From positions 1 to 63,204 of the IMG/VR virus record IMGVR_UViG_3300030110_002592: a stretch of 63,204 nt of DNA. The stretch is one strand, 5' to 3'. Both the position numbers and the translations under genes were made by a program. The stretch comes from a virus (lineage: Duplodnaviria; Caudoviricetes). Positions 1 to 10,300 of the stretch are shown piece after piece. The notes below the pieces were generated by a model. It did not search any database. It had not been told where the DNA came from and was given only the letters and a program-made list of their open reading frames with translations. Numbering within the stretch: position 1 is the first letter of the stretch; each line of letters begins with the position of its first letter.

Positions 1-88
1 ATAAATGGATTATGAAACTTTCCGAGAGAGACATACAGAGGCTTAATCACATTAACAATACCATGGATGGCCTTTACGAATCTCTAAC
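1..88. repeat. Terminal direct repeat, left copy (circular assembly overlap)
   Basis: 1-88 matches 63117-63204 apart from two substitutions (positions 53 and 62). Confidence 0.95.
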
Positions 89-200
89 TTTAATATACGA
101 AGCATTAACTGATGAAAAGTACGAAGATGTTAATGTTGAAGTAAATAATGCCATAAATAAATTAAAAGAAATATCTAACAGCTTAGAAGAAGAGTTATGA
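12..200 (+). CDS. Hypothetical helical protein (62 aa)
   Basis: ORF; across the circular junction its ATG overlaps the stop of 62613..63131 (ATGA), and its stop overlaps the next start. Confidence 0.75.
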   Translation: MKLSERDIQRLNHINNTMDGLYESLTLIYEALTDEKYEDVNVEVNNAINKLKEISNSLEEEL

Positions 201-607
201 AAAAATTTGAATCTAATCAAGACATCACTGCAGAAAAAAAACTATTGCATGATTTTTGCACTTATTATAAATACGAAGGTACTAAGCTACCACAGTGGGA
301 AATAGATTACCTCGTCCACAGGCAAGGCAAAGCCATTGGCTTTGTAGAAATAAAAAACTACACCTCTACTTTTGATAAATATGATCGCGGTATGCTGTCA
401 TTAATCAAGCTCAATAAAATGATATCATCACACAAATACTTACCTACATTATTATTGATGTCTTGGGCCTGTGGAACAAAAGGTTGGATTGGATTAGATG
501 ACATCAAGGGTGAGATAAAATGGGGTGGTCGCAAACCCCGTGATGGCTCGGCCAATGATATGGAATTTGTAATCTATTTTCCAAAAACCTCTGTTCTTTT
601 GTTTTGA
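197..607 (+). CDS. PD-(D/E)XK superfamily nuclease
   Basis: IDYLV...GFVEIK motif. Confidence 0.6.
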   Translation: MKKFESNQDITAEKKLLHDFCTYYKYEGTKLPQWEIDYLVHRQGKAIGFVEIKNYTSTFDKYDRGMLSLIKLNKMISSHKYLPTLLLMSWACGTKGWIGLDDIKGEIKWGGRKPRDGSANDMEFVIYFPKTSVLLF

Positions 608-695
608 CTTTTAACCTAGTGTTTGGAATTAAATAAAAATTGTTATATCTTTATACAAGATTTAAACATTTATTAAACATAATAAACAAACAACT

Positions 696-992
696 ATGGT
701 AAATTATTTAAAAAACAAAAAGACAAAAATCACTAACATTTTGTACACATCACAAGACTTTGCTCATGAGGATTTTGAAATAGAATTGTGGATGTGGAAA
801 GATGGAGATTTAGATGACATGACTACCGCTCAATGGTACACGGGTGATTATATAGATTTAGACAGATTGAACAAGCAAATTAACAAACTTGTTCGTGAGT
901 ATAAATTGGATAGAATAGAACTTAGATACCCTGTGGCAGAGGATGATTGGGATCACTTCTTAATATGGCAAATAGCCGAGGTTTATTTATAA
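696..992 (+). CDS. Hypothetical protein
   Basis: ORF with A-rich leader AAACAACT-ATG. Confidence 0.65.
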   Translation: MVNYLKNKKTKITNILYTSQDFAHEDFEIELWMWKDGDLDDMTTAQWYTGDYIDLDRLNKQINKLVREYKLDRIELRYPVAEDDWDHFLIWQIAEVYL

Positions 993-1024
993 AAGAGTAA
1001 AACAAACAATTAAAATATACAACT

Positions 1025-1315
1025 ATGATAACGAAAGACACAGGAATTAGAATTAAAAAGAAAGTTAGAAAATTTTCTGACATTGCAAACCACGAGGCTT
1101 GTATGTTTGTAGACACAAGGGATTGGGATCCTGAACACCCTTATGATGGTGCATCAATTATTATTGGTTTAGAAACTGATTGGATATGCTCTTATAATGA
1201 ATGTGGTACTATAAGTGCTTTGACTAAAAGAGCTGCAATTAGGTATTTTAACAATATATATTATGATGAGGGTTTTGAAGCAAGGAGAGAAGCATATCTA
1301 AAGAAAAATAGATAA
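1025..1315 (+). CDS. Hypothetical protein; last gene of the plus-strand arm
   Basis: ORF with ACAACT-ATG leader; converges on the giant gene. Confidence 0.65.
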   Translation: MITKDTGIRIKKKVRKFSDIANHEACMFVDTRDWDPEHPYDGASIIIGLETDWICSYNECGTISALTKRAAIRYFNNIYYDEGFEARREAYLKKNR

Positions 1316-1349
1316 ACTCTACAAGCTTGTAAGTAAAGAGGACGGAAGA

Positions 1350-4300
1350 TTATTCTTTATCTTCCTCCTCTTCTTCCTCTCCTAACAATTCTTTATAAAC
1401 ATCATTGTAATTGTTATTGATGTTTTGTTTTGCATCGTTAAAGTCTTCCAAACCACTCCCCATATCTTTACTCATTCTTTCTTCCTCAGTTAGTGAAGCC
1501 TCATCTGCTGCTGCTTTTTTTATTTTGGTTGGTCTATAAGATGGACTAATACCTAAAGCCCCTAAAGCGTTGTTGTACTTGGTAGCTAAATCATCAACAC
1601 TAATAGCAGTTAATAAATCCAATAAAGGTCTTATGTTTTTTCCTGTAAATGCTCCTACAAGCACTGATAACAATCCTTTAGATGCTTCAAAGATTTGTCT
1701 TTGAGTGGCATCCTCCTTCATTATTTTCTTAACATTTTTTCCTGTCTCAAGAGCAATTCTTGTAATAGGATCTACTGCAGATGGCTTAACAGAAAATGGA
1801 CTTTTACCGTCAGCAACAGCGGCTCCAATTTTAACACCACCACCTATAACAGGAATTTGAGTTAATAAATTAAATCCATAAGTGGCTTTTGTTAATTCTT
1901 TCATTACATCTTCCACTTCTTCCTCATCGTCATTGCCTAATATCCTTGCCGCATTAGAAACAAAAACGAAAGCTAACTGAGCAAGGCCCAATGATATAGC
2001 TCCAACCCTAATGTCTTTTTTAGAAGGTAATTTTCTCAGATAAATATCTTTGGCTATATTAACCATACTCATAAACGCTATCTGTTGAGCTAAATAAATA
2101 GTACTGCCAAAGGTAGTAATGACTTTCATTAAACTATTTCTACTTAACTGTAGCTTGTTAAGGTCAGAGATAAGCTGTGTCTGCTGAGTGTTATTATACC
2201 TGTCAAACTTTTTAGCTGCCGCTGCCTTGTCCATGCCGCTATCAATATCTTTATTGTACGCTGCTTTGTATCCAAGCACACCTATTATATCTCCCAAGAA
2301 GGTATTGATATCATTTAATATTTGCAATACTCCTTGGCGAGTACTTTTTTGTCTGATCCCTCTGCCTGCTTCTCGTTTAAGTAAAGCCGCTCTCCTAGTT
2401 CTTTCTTTAAAGAAAGGAGATATTTCCTTGGCTTCTTGGATTTCTTTCTTAAAGTTGAAAGGGTTAAGGATATTAGCGAACCTAGCCAAAAACTCCACTA
2501 ACTCAAAACCACTTGACACAATACCCAAGTCTTTAGGTATTCGTTTGTCAACTTCGTAAGCTACTTTGCCGGAGTCAAGATTGGTTTCTTTCACTAGTTT
2601 TTTGTTCTGATTGCCAAAAGCAGCGAACCCAAATATAAATGAAGTGGACTGTTTAACTAATTGAATTAGCTTGGCCCCTAACACATAACCCACGAAGTTA
2701 GAGAATATCTTATTGATGTATTTATTAGAAACCTCTTGAGATTTATCTTCAGGGTTTATAATTATATTTAAAGATTGCCTTAGAGAAGGGCCATATCCTG
2801 TGGCTCTTAAAAAGTTAGCCATGTTGGGATCAGTAAAGAATGCATTCAAATCTTGAACGTCTTCAGCCATATTAACAAAGCTTTCCATGCTCTCAAAATG
2901 GTTTTCTAACGTATCGAAAAACCCTACATCCAATAGTACCGGGCTTTTTAAATCATTCCTTTTCTTTAACGCATCTTGCCATTGAGAACTAAATTTGCCA
3001 AAGAAGTTACTCTCAAAATTTAAAGGGTTTTCTTGACTGAATACATTGTCTGACATTGTAGGAAAGTAGTTTTGTATTCTCTCCAAGTTAACATTGTTTA
3101 CTTTTTTATAAACCTTATTAACTCTCATGTAGTATGGAGTCGTTAAATAATTAACTACCTCTTCAATAAAGTTAATGACGTCCGGCTCCAATTTATCTTT
3201 TATAAACTCAATAGTTTCCTGAGTAACAGGAGGTCTATTAGCCATCATCATTTTTTCTCTCTGCTCTTCATTCAAAGATAAAGCGTATATCCTCATAAGG
3301 TTAGATCCACTAAACTTTTTAGTTTCTCCGTTACCCATAGGAACATCATAAATTTTCTTTATTCTTTCTAATTCCTGTACTAACTCTAAGGGGTTTCTGT
3401 CTTGAAGAGCTAAACGTTGTACGCCTTTAACAAAAAGGTTAGGGTCTTTTAAGTTTATCAAGTCATCAGCCATTAACCCTATAGTCTGCAACTGTAATTG
3501 TTTACCACGCAATGCTCTCCTTTGCATATCAACACTTCTATCGTAAAGGTTTTCAGTAAAGAATTGGCCTCTATCTTTATTGTCTAAGCTGTTAGTAATA
3601 GACAATGTTGAGTCTAACCACCCACCCATAAACATAAAGTCATGGAAGAAAAGAATAGGTTGGTCTTTTATTTTCTTAACCATTTCTTTTGTTGCTCTAA
3701 ACACACCACCATCTTCCAATGCTCTTTGGATGTTAGGCCATCTGCGGTTTAAGTTTTCTGTTTGAGCAACTGCAGGAGATTTTTTTCTTATTACAAAATT
3801 GGCTTGGTCATCAAGTCTTACTATAAACTCTCTGCCATCAACTTCTACAGTAACTCCTTTGTTCTCATCAAAGTCATCAGGAATTGCCTCTAAAATTCTA
3901 GCCATAAATTCTTTACTCTCAAGAATAGTTAGTGGTTTTTCCTCGTATATTATATTGCCGTCTTTGTCTTTGGCAAATACCTCAGGGTATGTTTTAAATA
4001 AATGTGCCTCGTTTTTTCTTTGTATTTCTTGGTTCAGCATTTGACGAGCCAACATATTTGCTAACACATCTGCTCTATACGTTTGTCTTTTATTATCAAT
4101 AAATGCTAAAAGATTAATCAATGTATCTTGATCAAACGTAGCCATATTATAAAACTTATCAAAAGCTGCTAATCCAAACACTAAGTTTTCCTCATCAGGA
4201 GTAAGCACTGCGGGGATTTCTTGATTGAATTTATCAAAAGCTTTCTGAGCTTTGTCATTTAACTTATCAAAGTTTATAATTTTTGTTGATACATCTTTAC

Positions 4301-7300
4301 CGTTTTCGTCTTTTATTATAACTTCTTCAACAACATAATACCTCTTAGCTATTTCTGCTGTTTTGTTAGCTCGTGCTACAGGGTCTTTAATTCTTTGTGC
4401 TTGAATTATTTCGTTAGAAGCACCAAAAAACTTCTGACCTTCAGGACTAAGCTGTAACTTTCCTTTCAAGACTTTAGCTTTGCTTATTCTACCAAACTTA
4501 GCAAGGTTGTTTACTCTCTTGGCAATAGAGTTAATGGTTTTTACTCTACGCTCTTCAAGAACTCTATCTATAATTTCAATCGCTTTATTTAATCTTGCTT
4601 TATAATTGGTTTCATTTATATTTTCAGCAAGCTTCAACACCTTCTGTAAGTCTCCCTTTCTGTAAGCTTCCTTAGGGAAGTTGTTGTAGATAAAAGACTT
4701 CAATTGAGATATGCTATCTTTAGCTTGCTTCAAAGAAGCTTTACCTCTACGCAATCCTTTATTTACACTGTGGATTTGTTGATTTATACTTGTGCCACTT
4801 TTACTATTAAAGGCTTTGTCTAACTGTACTTGCAAAGCTTCCTGAACATCTAGAGATATAAACTCATATAAAGGGTCATCCTTTAAAAATATTTGCGCCG
4901 AAGTTCTTACGATTGACATTTTAGATTTATCATCAGCAGATAAAGAGTCTAATCTTTGTCCAATCCTAGTTAGCATTTTAATCCCTTCTTTCATACCTCC
5001 CGGTACGTTGCCAAATATTTCAGGTACAGTATCAAACTTAGCATTGAACTGTGACAGCACATCACTATCCACCTGCATCATCTCTTTTATGTCAGCAGCT
5101 TTCAAAGAAGAATATTCACTTTTTAAATATTCTTTTATCTCATTATTTGTGTAGCCCATTTGTCTACCTTGCTCCACCATTTGCTGTGGAACACCTTGCA
5201 GCTTCATGCGAGCAAGAGGCGCTCTCTTTGGAGCTTTTATATCTTGCTTGCCGAACACCTGACCCGACAACATATCTGTTAACACAGCGCCTACAAATTG
5301 GTCTAAACTTAGGTTTTGAACTTCGCTTACAGGAATGCCCATCAAAGACCCATAAGTATTTTTAAAATACTCATACATAGACTTTAACCACGACATAAAT
5401 CTTTGCTTGAGGCTTTGATTAGCAATGCCTTCTCCCTTGTCACCAATTAATGTAGCAAGGGTTTCAATAGCCGCCGCCTTTTCAGCCTCGGCTTTAGTAG
5501 CGTATATTCCTTCAAACTCTTTTAAATTCTTTTCGTATAGCGGATGTTCTGTTGCAAGTTCTAAACCTACCGCAAGCTTTTGCTTACCTTCTTCTGTAGT
5601 CTCTAACAAATCTAAAGCTACGTGGCCATACTCATGTATTTGAGTATTGAAAAGAGACGAGAGGCTATTGTGAGCAGCAGGGTTTATATATATGGTGTTC
5701 TCATCTATAGATATACCATACAACACTTGACCGTCTTTTTGTCTTTTTCTTATATCGGGTCTTTCCATTACCGCATCGAAAGCTTCCTGTGTCATATTAA
5801 AATCTACATTAGGAAATGCCTGTTGTAATTTCTCATTAAGTTTGTTAGCTTGGTCTATAGCAGTTTCTGCTTTTGTAGTTCCTGTTTTTTTAATCTCAGG
5901 GTTTTTTATAACATACTGCTCGTGAATAAAGTTTCCTTTAAATGTTTTAGCTTCTCTCGTTATAAGCTTTACAACATCAGCATCTGATGCCATAATTTGT
6001 TTTTCTTCTTCAAGGCTGTACTTAGGAAGGCTTTTGTCTTTTTGATCTACCTTCACAACTTCTACCGTAGTTCCTTTTGGTAGAGTAAATTCTATAATCT
6101 CTCCACCCCTTGCATACTCCTCTGCAATTTGTGGTTCTAATGTAACAAATGGATCGGTAATATTAGGGTGTCTAGTTATCTTTTTACCTTCAGGAGATAT
6201 TTTACCCACAGACCCTTTAAGCATTTTTGTTTCTTGGTTTAATGTTGTTTTACCTTCCTGCAAACCACGAATTTGACTTTCATCTTTGTTGACAGGAGCA
6301 TAGTCTGCTTCTGATTTAAACAAAGGAACTTTACTCTTTAATCTTTCTTTCATCTGAGGAGTAAACTCTATAGTAGGTAAAGACCTGTCAGCCGGGCCTC
6401 CAAACTCTAAATCTAAACGAATGTTTTCAAGGTTAAAGTCTTCTTTTGTAAGTTTTGCAGATTTGTCAAACCTTTTAGCTTCAATCAACATTTGTTTGGG
6501 AAAAATGTTATCATACTTGCTGTGGTCTTTTAATGACACCGATTGTTGGGCCATTGCTCCTGACCCCATGGATACTTTGTCAAACCCCATGTCTGCGGCC
6601 ATCTTAAACATTCGTCTCAATGTAAGTCCTAACCAAGCATCTTTTTTCATGTATGGCATATCCTCAACTTCAGCACCATATTCTATTTTAGCTCTATCCC
6701 AATCTGATTGAAGTTCATCAATAACTAAAACCTTTTCTCTTTTTTTATTAATTCTTGTTGTAAATCGTGCATGAGCTAAAACATTATTGTGACTCCAATG
6801 ATTACCTAAATCTTTTGCCGGATAATTATAATCTTTGTTAGCAGTAGGAGGTAAAATAAGAAGCACTTCTTTATAATCTTGATAACCATCTACAGTCCAA
6901 TATTTATATACAGTTTTGCCTTTGGTTAAATCATCATAAGATTGTTGCGCTTTATCTGTAGCCGCCGTTAATCCTGAAGCTACACCTAAACTGAAGGTTA
7001 CACCACGATTATCAGTCAGATAAACTCTGTAAGGATATTGAGATATTGTATAGTCAAAATCAGCTTTAGATGCGCTTATTGTTCGAGTTCCATCTTCTCT
7101 AAGAAAAATTTTTTCTCTAAGTAAATTAACATTTTCATCGAATGAAGCTTTATACCCTTCAAAATCCATAAAAGCATCCATCACTGTATAAGTTCCATCA
7201 GGAGTTTTTGCTTGCTTGATGGTATTAAAAACCCAATCCTTTTCATTTAACATTGCCTCTACTGTCATTACTCTTTCGGCATACTCTGATGCTGTAAATA

Positions 7301-10300
7301 AATGAGCTTCTAAAGGCACATCTTTCATGAACTTGCCTGTTTCCCTAGATTGTTTTTTAGATAACCTTTTATCGCTTGTAATTGCTTTTAATAAATTTTT
7401 TAAAATTCCTTTTGAAGTTACTTGAAACCCTAACATAGTAGCCGAGCCTTTCTCACCCAATCCTACAATTTGTTTAATAGGATCACCTCCCGCAAACTTT
7501 GAATCATAAAACTTAGTAGATTTAAAAAAGTAATTGTTTTTGCCGATGTGTTCCTTTCTTACTTTATCAAGTCTTTTTCTTATTTCTTTAATTTCTTTTT
7601 TGTCGGTTTCAAACTCATAGAAGTCAGTGTCCTTATTCACATTGGGGTCAGTAAAAAAGTCAGCTATAACATAAGACCTAAGTTGAGCCTGCTTATAAAA
7701 CAACTCATTTATGGATTGAGATAACTCCAAAGTACTAATATCTCCTCGGCGATATTTCTCTATATTTTCTTTTAAAAGCTGTGCAGATGACAATACATCT
7801 GTATCAGATTTTGTTATTACTGAATAAAAGAACTTAAATTCTCTTGCTCTTCTTTGAGCAAGGCCAACATTATTAGAAAGTTTAAAATCTTTAGAGCCAC
7901 TTTCGTACATCTCTTTAAATTCTTTTACAAGAGCATTATACATCTGTCTTATTTCTTCACTAGAATTAAAATAATTTCCCTCAGAAGTATCATCAAGTAA
8001 AGTTTGTAAAGATTTTTCTAGAGCATCTAAAGAATTATCTAAAGGTTCAGTGTATTGTTTTAATAAGGAATTGACGTTTTCTACTTGCTCTTCAAACTTG
8101 CTTTTTGCAATCTCTTGTGATGTTTTGTCTTTCTCTAAAAAATCATATGACTCATTATAAATCGCAGAGCTTGTAGGTAATGGTTTAAATTTTAACTTAA
8201 TATCTTGCGTGGCATCTTTGATTATTTCCTGTATAACTAAAGAATTATCACGTATATATTCTTCTACTACAGCTTTAGGTATAGATTTCTTCTTGCTATT
8301 TTCAATATATGTATTTAAAAAATCCAACAAACCTATCTCATCTATTTCTCTTTGTGTCCCCTTTCCTCCTTTTTCTGCAATCTGTTTAACCCATGCTTGA
8401 GGAGTCATAGGGTTATCAGGTAGTTGTTCAAGTCCACTTAGTGCATTAGATGCTACAGGAGAATCTGCTAATACACCTTCTCTAAAATAAATGGGCCTAC
8501 CATTTATATCTTTGGCTTCAAAAGCATCCGCTTCTAAAGAAGTAGCATAGCTATCTTTATTTACTTTGGCATATACTAAACCACCTATTTGTATTACCTC
8601 GTCTGCTGAAAGCAAAGGCCTGCCGTTGGCGCGATCATAGAAGTATGAAAATCTCTGAGGATTAAAACCTACCTGCACCCAATCAGGATTGTTAACAATA
8701 GTTTGAACCAAGCCTTTAGCTGTTTCTGCTTTTTGTGTGGGAGACCCACCTAAACTAACCCAAGTGCCTAGCATTTTTGCAAAAGGAGACTTGGATTGCT
8801 TTTTCCTAGCAACAGCCAATGCTTTTTTAGGATTCGAGCTGAACTTAACATCTTTTATATACGCTACATTTGTATAGGAAGTAGGCGCTCCGTCTCCCTC
8901 ATGCACAGTAACCACCCATACATTGTGGTTCGTGTAAGCAGGTATATCCAATCTTAATCCTACAAAGTCTCCATCTTTTGTTTCAGCAAATATTTTAGGA
9001 ATTTTATTTTTAGATAAAGCAAACTCTATCTCTTCTCTTGTAGCCGGCTCGTAGTATTTATCTATTGTAGAAATTGGTCTTTCTCTTTTTTGAATTTCAA
9101 TAAACTCATCATAAGTAATATTGCCTTGATAATACTGCTCTGCCGCTGCTGCCAACACAGGAGATTGGTCTTGTAAAACATTTTCCCCTACTTTGGATTT
9201 AACCCACTGAATAGGCATTTGAATATTAGAATTAGACTCAGGAGAATAAGGTTGTTGAGTAGGGTTGGTAAACTGAGCATCAAATCCTATTTGGTCAGGA
9301 GTCATGTCATCTTTAGACTTCTGCCTAAACATTGGTTTTCTTTTAGGCTCTGCTTTTTCTTTAGCCTGTAATATCTCGTCTAATGTAATATCCAAAAATG
9401 ACCTCGGCCCTGCAAGCTGAAGACCTGATCCTTCTACACTAAACTCTACTCCATCTATTATAAAATTAAAATTAGTTCCATCATAAGCAGGTTTGTTACC
9501 TTTTCCACCACCCATACTTACATTTAACCCCAACTCGACAGTTAAAAAATCCATCATGTCTATAACAGCTTCTTTTAGTGTTCGGTTTTGAGGACTGTTT
9601 ATTTCTTCTTTAAACTTTAGTTTTATTTCTTTTGTTACTTGTTTAGGTTTTGTGCTTTTGGGTTCTGCTTTCTTAGGTTCCGCTTTAGCTACAGGTTTCT
9701 TAGGTTCTGCTTTCTTATCAGCTTTAGGTTTCTTAGTAGGCTCTCCTGTTGCTTCTTTTTCTTTTTCAAACTCTTCTATCACCTCATCAATAATAGATGT
9801 TTCTATAGACCCAATCTCTGCCATTTGCTCTTCTATAGCAAGGTCAATAGCAATCTCTTCATCCATTATAGTAATAGTAGTGGCGGCTTCACCTGCTTGA
9901 ACTTGTTCATTAGTTTGAGGTACACGTAGTTTAGCTCCAACCACTTTGCCTTCCTTGCCAAATTTCTTTTGAGCTGCTTTTGTTTTAGTTTTTGCAGTAG
10001 CTTGTTTAGTGCCTTCGAAAGCTGCTAGTTCTTCTTGTAACTCTGCCTCTAATCTTTGCTCTGCTTCTTTACCCAACCTATCAATTGCAGCTTTTGTTTT
10101 GTTTTGCTCTTCTCTGATACGAGTTTTTAATTCTGACTTAGATATAGGTTGAGCTTGTTCTTTGCTCGCTAAAACACTCAATGTTTTTTTCTTATCTCTA
10201 AGCTTGGCTACTTCTCTGTTTTTTATCTTAGCCTTCTCAACTTTTAAGTCTTTTGCTTTCTTGGCTTCAAGCTGCTTTTTTTTCTTTGCTATAGCAGCTT

